Shown: piece after piece, positions 1-9,296 of the stretch
Position numbering within the stretch: position 1 is the stretch's first letter
How the letters are laid out: every line of letters starts with the position of its first letter
DNA from: a virus
Lineage: Duplodnaviria > Caudoviricetes
Direction: 5' to 3' (one strand)
Length of the DNA stretch: 39,596 nt
Virus record (IMG/VR): IMGVR_UViG_3300032250_000450
Coordinates: 1 to 39,596 of that record
Translations under genes and position numbers: made by a program
Notes under the pieces: generated by a model
The model's input: the letters and a program-made list of their open reading frames with translations, nothing else
Databases searched by the model: none
Told to the model about the DNA's origin: nothing

Positions 1-2
1 AC

Positions 3-3000
3 AATAGTTCTACTGGTGTAATCACAACTACAATCACACAGTATACTGATAGTTTAGCACGAGCTGCTATAAGTGCCTCAGGCAGTCTAAGCTATAACTC
101 TAGCACAGGTGTGCTTAGTTATACAACTCCCTCGACTAGTGGAATTACCGAAGGTACTAACCTTTATTTTACAGATGCCCGTGCACGTGCTGCAATTAGT
201 GTAACAGGCTCAGGTAGCTATAACGCAACAACTGGTGTTATCACAGTAACTGGTGGTGTTACATCAGTAAATACTCGTACTGGTGCTGTTACCCTAATTT
301 CAGCAGATGTTACTGATGCACTTGGTTTTACACCTTATAATGCAACTAATCCAAGTGGATACATTACCACAGCTCAAGCTCGTGCTGCGGTATCGGCGTC
401 AGGAAGTTTAAGCTATAACTCCACCACAGGTGTGTTCAGTTATACAACTCCAAGCAGTAGTGGAATTACTGAAGGCAGCAACCTTTACTACACAGACGCA
501 CGTGCTCGTGCTGCAGTTTCGGCAACTGGCAGTTTAAGTTATAACTCCACCACAGGTGTGTTTAGTTATACAACTCCGTCAACGTCAGGAATTGCCGAAG
601 GCACTAACTTATACTACACAGACGCTCGCGCAATTTCAGCTAACACCTCAGCAATTGCCACAGCAAAATCCGAAGCTATTTCAGCAGCTGCCACAGATGC
701 TACTGCTAAAGCCAATGCTGCTCAAGCAGCTGCTATTGCTGCTGTTACTAATGGAGCAGGTGCTGCGTTTGATACGCTCAAAGAAATTCAAGATGCAATG
801 GCAACGGATCAAGAACTTGCTGCTGCTATTGCTGGACTTACTATTGGCAATGCCACACAAACTATAAGTGCAGGCACTGGGTTGTCAGGCGGTGGATCGT
901 TTACTGCCAACCAAACTTCGCCAAGCACCGTTACATTAAGCTTAGCTACTGCAGGTACTGCAGGAACTTATACCAAAGTAACCACAGATGCGTACGGTCG
1001 CGTTACTTCGGGCACTACGCTAAGTGCTGGAGATATTCCTTCGCTGTCAGGTTTATATTTGCCGCTTAGTGGTGGTACGTTAAGCGGCGCGTTAAATATC
1101 GGAACAGTTATTGGTTCGCGTGGCACTTCAGTTAGCATTTCTGGTTCAACTAACTCAAGCCCACTTGCTGCAAAAAGCAGTGATTACGCAACAGTCTTTG
1201 GTATTCTGCCCCATTCCGGTTCTTGGACATATTTAAGCACTGGGGTTTATTATAATACTGGAGCTTGGACTCATGCAAGTGCAAATACAGATAGCGCATT
1301 ACTCGGGTTAAGTGGCGGTACTGGAGCTAGGTGGTTTGCTTCAAGCAATAGCTCGGCTTCGTGGAATGTAGCAAGCGATGCCCAGCTTTGGAATCAGAGT
1401 GGTGTATGGACCGGCTCTTTAAACGCAGCTACAAACGCTCAAGTTAATAGTAACGTAATTCTCCACGCAGGTAACTACAGCTCCTATGCACTACCTTTAA
1501 CTGGTGGTACTGTTAGTGGAGTTATTACAAGTTCTATTTCAAATGGAACTGTGATGAATATGGCGGGGCAGTCCGATTCTTTTGGTTACAATGGCACGGC
1601 TGGCCTTGGTACCTATATTAAAGGCACAGGTTCGACTTACGTTTACGGTGGTGGGTCATTCTTTGACGGCTCAACTACTAGAGCAATCCTTCACGCAGCC
1701 AACTACAACAGCTACGCCCCAACACTAATTGGTGGTGGTGCAAGTGGCACTTGGAATATTAGTATTACTGGTAGTGCTGCTAGTGCAAACTCCGTCTTTT
1801 GGCAAAACATATCATCTGGAACACGTCAAAACTATGGCTTGGGATTTCAGCCATCAGGTACCGATTACGCAGGATTTTATTTTTCAAAGAGCACAAGCTC
1901 CGCTACCGCTTCGGATGCTGGTTACTTTTTAATTAAGGGTTCTGGCGACAATTTTCCACCATATACTGAACAAGGTATTACAATTGTTTCAGATGCAAAC
2001 AGTTTGAATTTATTTGCTCGAGGTAGCACTCTTGTATCTGGTGGCAACGCTTGGGTACGAATGGGTACTAGTAGCGGTGAAACTTTCCGTTTAATGAGCG
2101 ATTACTCGCTTTCAATAAACTCGTCTCGTGCACCAATTTTTTACGATAGTAACAACACTGCGTATTTCACAGATCCAGCAAGTAGAAGCAGACAAGCTAG
2201 TATTGACTTTGGCGATGGCGGATACTACATCCATGCGGGCTCGTGGGGTATGCGCAATACCACGCCTTATGGTTACATTGAATTTGGCCCAGCAAATGGC
2301 GGTCATGCTCATATTTATACCAACCTGAGTAATTTTTACTTTAATGCAATGTTGCAGGTAAATGGCGGAAGCCAGATGAATACTAGCGACATGCGGGCTA
2401 ATATTTTCTATGATCAGCAAGACACAAGCTATTACGTAGACCCAAATAGCAACTCAAGACTAGTAAACTTGGGTTTGGGTAACGTAACACCTGATACACG
2501 TTTATCAATATCTGGTGACTCACATTTTGTAGGAACTTTGCATTTGGGCGGCACTCCTGGTAGTGTCGGCTCGTGGGGCTCTAGAGACTATACTACTAGT
2601 GGAAATCGTTATTTCAATGCCAATTCCTATACTTTTGATAACGTCGGATACGGCAATAACTGGTCGGTTACATTAAATGGCGGTACTGGTCAAGCCTCTA
2701 GTTCTTTACGCGCACCAATCTTTTACGACAGCAATAACACAGGTTTCTATCTTGATCCTGCAAGCACTTCATATTTAAACGCTATAGAACTAGCAAGTGG
2801 AAAAATCTTTACATCTAATAATGGAAGTGGTAGTTCAATTGAATGGTATGTTCGACCCGATGGCAATAATACATATCTTTGGCGACATATTTATGGCGGT
2901 TCGAGTACAGGATTTGGTACAGGCGCAGGCGGCTATGGTGTTTACTGTAGTCATTTGGGTGGCGACTACAGTGCAATTTTTAGTCCTAGTGGGTTTGTTA

Positions 3001-4040
3001 CGGCCCCATACTCATTTCGCTCACCAATCTTTTACGACAGCAACAACACTGCGTACTACGTTGACCCAAATGGCAACAGTGCATTAACTACTGCAATATT
3101 TTATGTAAATGGGTCTTCTGATATAACGCTTACGTCAGCTGGAACAAACGCTTCTATGATAAAAGCGGGCTCTGGCGATGAGTTGTACATTGGTGGCAAT
3201 AACACTTGGCAAATGCGGTTTAGTGGCGCGAACGTTTTAATGGATAACGGTGGTTATTTGTTAAATGGCGAATCTATTAGATCACCAATCTTCTACGACT
3301 CCCAAGACACGGGTTATTACGTAAATCCAAATGGTGTTTCATATTTGTATCAGTTAACATTAGCCGGAGGTGGTTATTTCCGTCCAAACACTTGGATTCA
3401 AATGGATGGTACATATGGAATGTATTGGCCCGGTGCAACTGGTGTACCACATTGGCATGCAAACGACAGCACATACGGACCAATGCAATTGTCTGGAATT
3501 AAAAATAGTTATTCAGGAATAAGACTTCCTAGTTCTAACAACGCAACTATTGGTATGTTTGATAGCGGTGGAAATGGTGGCCTGTACAATTACACATACT
3601 GGGTTTATTATTGGTCTGTAGGTAATGCTTGCCTTGGTGTAAGAACATCATCAACAAGTTCAGCATATGCTATGTATGTAGATGGCGGTATTTATTCAAC
3701 AGGTAACGTAGTTGCTTATTCAGACGCTCGTAAGAAAAAAGAAATTGTAACTGTTGACAACGCCCTTGCTACTGTTAACAAATTACGTGGTGTATTTTAT
3801 AAACGTATTGAAACAAATGACGAAAAAATTGATACTAACAAACGTCAAATTGGAGTAATTGCCCAAGAAGTAAATGAAGTTTTACCTGAAGCAGTTACTT
3901 ATGCAAAAGATGTAGATGAGTATGGTGTTCAATATGGTAACATGGCTGGTTTGTTTATTGAAGCTATTAAAGAATTAACTTCTACAGTTGAAAAATTAAA
4001 CTCTAAAATACAAGAATTAGAAAAGAAAGTTAACTCATGA
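3..4040 (+). CDS. Long tail fibre with C-terminal intramolecular chaperone (peptidase S74-like); 5'-truncated by window
   Basis: Frame is open from position 3 (NSSTGVITTT...). G/S/T-rich with 42-aa repeats and repeated R.PIFYD..NT.YY.DP motifs. C-terminus AYSDARKK...GVIAQEV...V.YGNMAGLFIEAIKEL plus coiled coil matches the S74 chaperone pattern. Confidence 0.9.
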   Translation, partial: NSSTGVITTTITQYTDSLARAAISASGSLSYNSSTGVLSYTTPSTSGITEGTNLYFTDARARAAISVTGSGSYNATTGVITVTGGVTSVNTRTGAVTLISADVTDALGFTPYNATNPSGYITTAQARAAVSASGSLSYNSTTGVFSYTTPSSSGITEGSNLYYTDARARAAVSATGSLSYNSTTGVFSYTTPSTSGIAEGTNLYYTDARAISANTSAIATAKSEAISAAATDATAKANAAQAAAIAAVTNGAGAAFDTLKEIQDAMATDQELAAAIAGLTIGNATQTISAGTGLSGGGSFTANQTSPSTVTLSLATAGTAGTYTKVTTDAYGRVTSGTTLSAGDIPSLSGLYLPLSGGTLSGALNIGTVIGSRGTSVSISGSTNSSPLAAKSSDYATVFGILPHSGSWTYLSTGVYYNTGAWTHASANTDSALLGLSGGTGARWFASSNSSASWNVASDAQLWNQSGVWTGSLNAATNAQVNSNVILHAGNYSSYALPLTGGTVSGVITSSISNGTVMNMAGQSDSFGYNGTAGLGTYIKGTGSTYVYGGGSFFDGSTTRAILHAANYNSYAPTLIGGGASGTWNISITGSAASANSVFWQNISSGTRQNYGLGFQPSGTDYAGFYFSKSTSSATASDAGYFLIKGSGDNFPPYTEQGITIVSDANSLNLFARGSTLVSGGNAWVRMGTSSGETFRLMSDYSLSINSSRAPIFYDSNNTAYFTDPASRSRQASIDFGDGGYYIHAGSWGMRNTTPYGYIEFGPANGGHAHIYTNLSNFYFNAMLQVNGGSQMNTSDMRANIFYDQQDTSYYVDPNSNSRLVNLGLGNVTPDTRLSISGDSHFVGTLHLGGTPGSVGSWGSRDYTTSGNRYFNANSYTFDNVGYGNNWSVTLNGGTGQASSSLRAPIFYDSNNTGFYLDPASTSYLNAIELASGKIFTSNNGSGSSIEWYVRPDGNNTYLWRHIYGGSSTGFGTGAGGYGVYCSHLGGDYSAIFSPSGFVTAPYSFRSPIFYDSNNTAYYVDPNGNSALTTAIFYVNGSSDITLTSAGTNASMIKAGSGDELYIGGNNTWQMRFSGANVLMDNGGYLLNGESIRSPIFYDSQDTGYYVNPNGVSYLYQLTLAGGGYFRPNTWIQMDGTYGMYWPGATGVPHWHANDSTYGPMQLSGIKNSYSGIRLPSSNNATIGMFDSGGNGGLYNYTYWVYYWSVGNACLGVRTSSTSSAYAMYVDGGIYSTGNVVAYSDARKKKEIVTVDNALATVNKLRGVFYKRIETNDEKIDTNKRQIGVIAQEVNEVLPEAVTYAKDVDEYGVQYGNMAGLFIEAIKELTSTVEKLNSKIQELEKKVNS
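57..629 (+). repeat. 126-bp (42-aa) repeats in tail fibre, ARAA(V/I)SASGSLSYNSTTGVFSYTTPS.SGITEG.NLYYTDAR
   Basis: Copies start at about 57, 378 and 504 (the last two are tandem and 126 nt apart), plus a partial copy near 183. Confidence 0.85.
2127..3329 (+). repeat. Five dispersed ~50-bp repeats encoding R(A/S)PIFYDS(N/Q)(N/D)T.YY(V/L)DP
   Basis: Copies at about 2127, 2394, 2709, 3018 and 3279 (core caccaatcttttacgacagcaa), separated by unrelated segments. Confidence 0.85.
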
Positions 4041-4384
4041 ATATTACATACACATTTAATATTCGACAATTAAGTCGTACTAAAGTATATGGGATACCTG
4101 ATATTATTTCTCATATTCATTATGATTATGTAGGTACAAATGAATCAGGTAATTCTTCGTTTTGTCAGGGAGTTATTCCTTTTGAATTAAAACCAATTGA
4201 AACAACTAATCCTTCTACAGGTGAAGTTACTGTAACACCTTCAGTATTTGATCAAAACAATTATATACCGTATGATCAAATTACAAATGAAATTATTTTA
4301 GGATGGCTTGAGGATTCAGTACCTGAAGAATTAATACAGATTTTTAAAAACATTATAAGTCAAAAATTGACTGAACAGGAGTAA
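4037..4384 (+). CDS. Tail-fibre-associated hypothetical protein
   Basis: ATGA overlap with the fibre stop. YIPYDQIT.E.ILGWL motif is typical of small genes following phage fibres. Confidence 0.6.
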   Translation: MNITYTFNIRQLSRTKVYGIPDIISHIHYDYVGTNESGNSSFCQGVIPFELKPIETTNPSTGEVTVTPSVFDQNNYIPYDQITNEIILGWLEDSVPEELIQIFKNIISQKLTEQE

Positions 4385-4387
4385 CAT

Positions 4388-4969
4388 ATGCCATTACCAA
4401 GTTCTGGCAATACGATCACCCTGGGTCAGGTAAACACTGAGCTAGGAAGATCGGCTACTGCTACAATTGATATGAATGACGCAGCTGTGCGATCATTGTT
4501 TGGAAGACCCGGAAGTGGTACAACTATTTCAATGAGCGACGGCTGGGGTAAATCTGCTATTGCAATTTCTTTAGCATCATTGGCCGATCTTTATGGTACT
4601 TCCTATCTGGGTACTCAACCATATGCATATTATTTATTTGATACTAATGGAACAATGACGTATTATACTAATGGTGTTTTTGGCCAATCAATGGGTAATT
4701 GGGCATCGCCTACTACTTCTGGTATTGGCTCAAGCTATTGGATTAGATTTACACAAACGTTTTCTTCTGGTGGTTCATCCGAAACTGGTAGCGCAAGAGG
4801 GGCTTGGATTTCATTGTCAACTAATCCATCTTTTGGTATTGCAGGTACAGGAGGCCCAGGTGCATACGGCGAGCGTAGATACACTGTTCAAATTGCTTCC
4901 GATAGTGGCGGCTCTAACATAGTAGCGACTAGAACTAATGCTATATTAGCCGTTGAAGAAATATATTAA
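4388..4969 (+). CDS. Putative virion/tail accessory protein
   Basis: GGAG RBS. N-terminus MPLPSSGNTITLGQVNTELG...ISMSD.WGKS followed by a G/S/T-rich beta domain. Lies in the late operon. Confidence 0.6.
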   Translation: MPLPSSGNTITLGQVNTELGRSATATIDMNDAAVRSLFGRPGSGTTISMSDGWGKSAIAISLASLADLYGTSYLGTQPYAYYLFDTNGTMTYYTNGVFGQSMGNWASPTTSGIGSSYWIRFTQTFSSGGSSETGSARGAWISLSTNPSFGIAGTGGPGAYGERRYTVQIASDSGGSNIVATRTNAILAVEEIY

Positions 4970-5017
4970 AACAGGAAGCCCCTACCTGATTATAGGGGCA
5001 CATAAAAAGGAAATAAA

Positions 5018-5248
5018 ATGGGAAAAAATGAAAAGACCCCCGTGAATATTGATGGTACAGAATACAAATACGAAGACATGACACAAGAACAACAAATTTT
5101 GTTGAATCATGTTGCAGACCTAGATCGTAAATTAGATTCAGCAAAATTTAATGTAGATCAGCTACAAGTAGGTCGCAATGCGTTCTTTGATATGCTCAAA
5201 CAAGCCTTAGAAGCAAAACCCGAGTCTGCTGTAGAAATACTACAATAA
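5018..5248 (+). CDS. Hypothetical coiled-coil protein
   Basis: AAGGA RBS; 76-aa ORF in operon. Confidence 0.7.
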   Translation: MGKNEKTPVNIDGTEYKYEDMTQEQQILLNHVADLDRKLDSAKFNVDQLQVGRNAFFDMLKQALEAKPESAVEILQ

Positions 5249-5265
5249 CCTAAACCAAGTAAATT

Positions 5266-5682
5266 ATGTGGATTTTACAATTTTTACCAAATTGGATATT
5301 TTATCTACTGTTATTTGCAGGAATAGTAACATTTTTAGTAACTAAATTTGTTACTATTCTGCCTCAAGCAAAACTAATTCAAGCTGCAAGTATTGCAGTA
5401 GTTGTTATTAGCACTTATATGATAGGTGCTATTTCAAACAATGATGCATGGTTAGCTCGTGTGCAAGAGTTGCAAACAAAAGTAGCAGAAGCAGAAGCTA
5501 AATCAGCAACAACTAACACAGCTATTGTGGAAAAAACTATTACAAAAACTCAAGTAGTTCGTGAGCGTGGTGAAGATATCATCAAGTATATAGATCGTGA
5601 AATCATCAAACACGACAACACTTGTGTGCTTCCACAAGAATTTGTACAAGCACACAATCGCGCAGCAGAGGCACCAAAATGA
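5266..5682 (+). CDS. Rz-like inner-membrane spanin (i-spanin)
   Basis: N-terminal hydrophobic segments, a periplasmic coiled coil and a C-terminal Cys (TCVLPQEFVQAHN). Overlaps the lipoprotein gene and sits next to the endolysin. Confidence 0.75.
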   Translation: MWILQFLPNWIFYLLLFAGIVTFLVTKFVTILPQAKLIQAASIAVVVISTYMIGAISNNDAWLARVQELQTKVAEAEAKSATTNTAIVEKTITKTQVVRERGEDIIKYIDREIIKHDNTCVLPQEFVQAHNRAAEAPK

Positions 5683-5945
5683 AACTATTAGCACTATCAC
5701 TAATTTTACTACTCAGTGGGTGTTCTACCACTGTGCCAGTTACTGCAAAATTTCCACAAGCACCGGGAACACTAGTACTAGAACCTTGTGTAAATCTTAA
5801 AAAGCTTGAAGAACAAGCTAAACTGTCGGATGTAGCAAAAGTTGTTACAGTTAATTACTCGGAATACTACTTGTGTGCTGTTAAGCTAGAAGCATGGCAA
5901 CGTTGGTATCGTGAACAAAAAATCATTTATGAAGGGTTACGTTAA
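5679..5945 (+). CDS. Rz1-like outer-membrane lipoprotein spanin (o-spanin)
   Basis: Start re-assigned to ATG 5679. MKLLALSLILLLSGC has a lipobox (LSGC). Pro-rich segment, two further Cys, ATGA overlap with the i-spanin. Confidence 0.8.
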   Translation: MKLLALSLILLLSGCSTTVPVTAKFPQAPGTLVLEPCVNLKKLEEQAKLSDVAKVVTVNYSEYYLCAVKLEAWQRWYREQKIIYEGLR

Positions 5946-6559
5946 TGGGATTAAGTATTCAACAACTAAAACAAATTATTCCAAAAAATCCTTATGTAGA
6001 TCATTGGCATCGCGCATTAGCACAACTGTTGCCTGAGTATGATATTGCAACTCCACAACGCATGGCAGCATTTTTAGCACAATGTGCGCACGAATCGGGC
6101 GGTTTCACCGCTATCAAAGAAAATTTAAATTATCGCGCAGTTACACTACGTAAGATTTTTCCTAAATATTTTCCCACAGACGAAATGGCACAACAATTTG
6201 CCAACAAGCCAGAAAAGATTGCTAACCGTGTCTATGCTAACCGCATGGGCAATGGTGACGAGGCTTCAGGCGATGGTTATCGTTACTGCGGTCGTGGACT
6301 AATTCAACTCACAGGCAAAGACAACTACTTTTGGTTTGCCGCTAGTATTGACTTAACGCCTGAAGAGGCTAGCGAATACATGGAAACCTTTGAAGGTGCT
6401 GCTCAATCGGCATGCTGGTTCTGGGAAACCAACAATCTTAATACTTGGGCTGATAAAGGCGATATTGTAACCCTTACAAAACGTATCAATGGCGGTACAA
6501 TTGGACTAGCCGATCGACAAAAGCATTATGAACATGCTTTACACATTTTTGAAGCCTAA
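5945..6559 (+). CDS. Endolysin, glycoside hydrolase family 19
   Basis: FLAQCAHESGGF, ENLNY, YANRMGNG, GRGLIQLTGKDNY and TKRINGG motifs. Confidence 0.92.
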   Translation: MGLSIQQLKQIIPKNPYVDHWHRALAQLLPEYDIATPQRMAAFLAQCAHESGGFTAIKENLNYRAVTLRKIFPKYFPTDEMAQQFANKPEKIANRVYANRMGNGDEASGDGYRYCGRGLIQLTGKDNYFWFAASIDLTPEEASEYMETFEGAAQSACWFWETNNLNTWADKGDIVTLTKRINGGTIGLADRQKHYEHALHIFEA

Positions 6560-6562
6560 GCG

Positions 6563-6700
6563 GTGTTATCCGCTTGGCTACTTTCAATAACATTAAGTTA
6601 TGCTAAACCTGACGAATACGAATGTGTTAGGTGGGCATGGACTGGAGACGTATACAATCGAAAAGTAATTTGTTTAGAATGGCGTAAAAAGCGCCGATAG
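6563..6700 (+). CDS. Small secreted Cys/Trp protein (45 aa; not in ORF track)
   Basis: GTG start: MLSAWLLSITLSYAKPDEYECVRWAWTGDVYNRKVICLEWRKKRR. Fills the gap between the endolysin and the next RBS. Confidence 0.65.
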   Translation: MLSAWLLSITLSYAKPDEYECVRWAWTGDVYNRKVICLEWRKKRR

Positions 6701-6709
6701 GAGGTAAAT

Positions 6710-7207
6710 ATGATAGATCCGATGACCGCACTAGCGGGGATACAGTCTGCTATTTCAATGGTTAAAAAAGCAAGCGCAGTTGCTAACGATTTAGGTTCAC
6801 TGGCCCCAATGATTGGCAAAATGTTTGATGCTAAGAGCACAGCTACAAAAGCTTTAATGGAAGCTAAACGTAGTGGCAAAGGCAATAACATGGGTACTGC
6901 ACTACAAATCGAAATGGCACTAGAGCAAGCCAGAGCATTTGAAGAAGAACTTAAAATGTTGTTTATGCAAACTGGCAAAATAGATGTATGGAATAAAATC
7001 AAGGCTCGTCAAGCTGAAATGGATGCTAACGATGCTCAAGAGCTAAGATTGTTTAATGCACAAGAACGTAAGCGTAAACAAAAAGAAGAAGAAATGAATG
7101 AGTGGGCAGTAATTATTGGTGTTACTGCTTTTGTTTTGTTTTTGTTATTTATTGGCGGTTACGAACTAATGCAATATTGTCAAACAGGTAACAGGTGTGG
7201 CAGATGA
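6710..7207 (+). CDS. Membrane-anchored coiled-coil protein (holin/antiholin candidate)
   Basis: Strong GGAGG RBS; helical body with a C-terminal TM (WAVIIGVTAFVLFLLFIGG). Confidence 0.65.
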   Translation: MIDPMTALAGIQSAISMVKKASAVANDLGSLAPMIGKMFDAKSTATKALMEAKRSGKGNNMGTALQIEMALEQARAFEEELKMLFMQTGKIDVWNKIKARQAEMDANDAQELRLFNAQERKRKQKEEEMNEWAVIIGVTAFVLFLLFIGGYELMQYCQTGNRCGR

Positions 7208-7353
7208 ACGAGTATCAAAAAACCTTTGATTTAGCCTTAAAAATAATTGTTTATGGTTGCGTAGCGCTTTGGTTCTTAGGATTTTTAAAATTTTTACCAG
7301 ATGATCTATCAGACAAAATTGTTAATTTATTACTAGGAAAATTTGGACTATAA
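7204..7353 (+). CDS. Small membrane protein (49 aa; not in ORF track)
   Basis: ATGA overlap. MNEYQKTFDLALKIIVYGCVALWFLGFLKFLPDDLSDKIVNLLLGKFGL. Confidence 0.65.
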   Translation: MNEYQKTFDLALKIIVYGCVALWFLGFLKFLPDDLSDKIVNLLLGKFGL

Positions 7354-7355
7354 AA

Positions 7356-7661
7356 ATGCACAATGACTTAAAACTTTTTAAATGGGCAATAATACTACTA
7401 TTATTTCCTGTAGCACTAGCGTTTTTCGGCAAAGATAGTTTTCGATATCCTTGCCAAGATCCACAAAACTGGGACAAAGATTTTTGTAAGATGCCAGTAT
7501 GTGACGTAACCCGAACTTGCCCAGAACATATTTTCAAAGGTCAACGTGACCCAAGACTTGGACCACCCAAAGATGGACAAACTCAAACACCTAATCAATC
7601 GTTTGCACCAACAGGTGCTTGCACAGCACAACAAACACAAGGAGCTAATTGTGGAAAGTAA
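7356..7661 (+). CDS. Signal-anchored Cys-rich protein
   Basis: N-terminal TM followed by RYPCQDPQNW...CK.P.C..TRTCPE. Confidence 0.7.
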   Translation: MHNDLKLFKWAIILLLFPVALAFFGKDSFRYPCQDPQNWDKDFCKMPVCDVTRTCPEHIFKGQRDPRLGPPKDGQTQTPNQSFAPTGACTAQQTQGANCGK

Positions 7662-8103
7662 GACAATTATCTATACTGAAGATCAGCTAATGGCGCGCCT
7701 AAAATTCTTTATTGGCATTTGTTTAGCTCTTACCCTGACTGGCATTGTATTTGTAGTTTTATACTCAATTATTTTTATTACTCAGCCACTAAACGCTATC
7801 AGCCCAATTGACCAAAAGTTTTTTGAAATGATTATTCCAATTGCTACCTTTTTAACAGGTACGCTGAGTGGAATTATGTTAGCTGGTGGTAGTAAAGAAG
7901 AAATGGAAATGAAACGAGATATGATGAAACAAGCACAAGAAAGCTCAAACACTTATGCTAAAGCTAATCCAGTTAAAATAGAACCAACATTCCAACCTGG
8001 ATTATCAACCACAGCTGGATTTAACGGAACTAGTGCAAGTCCTAGTATTACTTATATTAACGGCAAGCCAGCTCCTGTTCAAGCACCTCATCCAGAAATT
8101 TAA
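7651..8103 (+). CDS. Two-TM membrane protein (holin candidate)
   Basis: Start re-assigned to GTG 7651 behind a GGAG RBS. Two hydrophobic helices and a Pro-rich tail. Confidence 0.65.
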   Translation: MESKTIIYTEDQLMARLKFFIGICLALTLTGIVFVVLYSIIFITQPLNAISPIDQKFFEMIIPIATFLTGTLSGIMLAGGSKEEMEMKRDMMKQAQESSNTYAKANPVKIEPTFQPGLSTTAGFNGTSASPSITYINGKPAPVQAPHPEI

Positions 8104-8322
8104 ATGAAACAGTTAAAGTGTATGTTATCACAAGACCCTGGTATCAGCAGTAAACGAGTAGTTACTTTTTTAGCATTTTTACTATGTGCTGGCGCTTTTA
8201 TAGCAATGATACTAGGCTATCAAATAGATCAAAAACTATTTGATTCTATGATGTATATTGTAATTGCAGGATTAGGATTTACAGCAAGCGAAAAGTTTGC
8301 ACCAACCAAGGAAAATAAATGA
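8104..8322 (+). CDS. Small two-TM protein (holin candidate)
   Basis: SSKRVVTFLAFLL...; two TMs and a charged C-terminus. Confidence 0.6.
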   Translation: MKQLKCMLSQDPGISSKRVVTFLAFLLCAGAFIAMILGYQIDQKLFDSMMYIVIAGLGFTASEKFAPTKENK

Positions 8323-8528
8323 AAAAACTTATTGTAGCAATTGTTGCTAGTTTCGCACTTGTTTCTGCATATGCTGAAGCAGAAACCAAAAAAGTCTGCA
8401 AAGAAAAAACAGACAAAGCAGGTAAAGTTATCTTAGATAAAGCCGGTAAACCTCAAGAAGAGTGCAAAACTATTAAAGTGCACCAAAAACTTGAAGGTAC
8501 TAAAGTCGAAGACGCCAAGAAGAAGTAA
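8319..8528 (+). CDS. Small secreted Lys-rich protein
   Basis: Sec signal MKKLIVAIVASFALVSAYA; two Cys. Confidence 0.65.
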   Translation: MKKLIVAIVASFALVSAYAEAETKKVCKEKTDKAGKVILDKAGKPQEECKTIKVHQKLEGTKVEDAKKK

Positions 8529-8536
8529 ATTTATAT

Positions 8537-8565
8537 TTGACAGACGCATCTAGGTCTGCTATAAT
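8537..8565 (+). promoter_or_regulatory. Consensus sigma70 promoter for phoH
   Basis: TTGACA(8537-8542)-17 nt-TATAAT(8560-8565) with extended TGn. Confidence 0.85.
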
Positions 8566-8607
8566 ATAAATTGGCAGACCGATTTTATCAACCTTACAAG
8601 GAAGTTT

Positions 8608-9294
8608 ATGGCAAGTGGTAAAAGAGCAAGACGAGACAATGTAATTCAATTGGAACGTAACCCAGTAGAGTATGGATTTACAGATGTAAAACCTCTAAAC
8701 TTTATACAAGCAGAGTACTTAAGAGCAATTCAGTCTAATCAAATAGTATTCGGTGTAGGAAGTGCAGGAACAGGTAAGACGTATGTAGCAGCAACGTATG
8801 CAGCGGGAGAACTCTTTCATAGACGTATTCAGAAGATTATTCTGACTAGACCCAACGTAGAAACAGGACGTGGCCTAGGATTTTTACCAGGTACACTAGA
8901 GGAGAAATATGCTCCATATCTAGAACCCTTTGATAGTGTGTTTATTCGTAGCCTTGGAAAAGGTTTTTATGAGTACGCACTAAAAGCAAAAACAATTGAG
9001 CCTAAACCACTGGGCTTTATGCGTGGTGCAACATTTGACAATTGCATTGTTCTTTTAGACGAAGCACAAAATGCCACACGCGAAGAAATGAAAATGTTGT
9101 TATCACGCATTGGTAAAAATTGTAAAATGATTATTAGTGGCGATGTAGATCAAGCAGATATTCCTGATAGTGGACTATCAGACGCAATCAATCGATTAGA
9201 TCGTATTCCAGATATTGAAGTAGTCCGATTTATGGATGACGATATTGTCAGGTCTAAAATGTGTAAACAAATTATTTTAGCTTATAGAGATTAA
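8608..9294 (+). CDS. phoH: PhoH family ATPase
   Basis: GSAGTGKT Walker A, LTRP.VE, LGFLPG, FMRG.TF, DEAQN and GD..Q.D. Confidence 0.95.
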   Translation: MASGKRARRDNVIQLERNPVEYGFTDVKPLNFIQAEYLRAIQSNQIVFGVGSAGTGKTYVAATYAAGELFHRRIQKIILTRPNVETGRGLGFLPGTLEEKYAPYLEPFDSVFIRSLGKGFYEYALKAKTIEPKPLGFMRGATFDNCIVLLDEAQNATREEMKMLLSRIGKNCKMIISGDVDQADIPDSGLSDAINRLDRIPDIEVVRFMDDDIVRSKMCKQIILAYRD

Positions 9295-9296
9295 CA

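Noticed and set aside
57-3329. Tail-fibre repeats as a CRISPR array or DGR template/variable repeats
   Set aside because: The repeats are in-frame coding, irregularly spaced and differ mostly at synonymous sites rather than only at adenines. No cas or RT gene is in the window.
4978-4999. GCCCCTA/TAGGGGC hairpin as a terminator
   Set aside because: No U-tract follows on the coding strand; at most it is an mRNA-stabilising hairpin.
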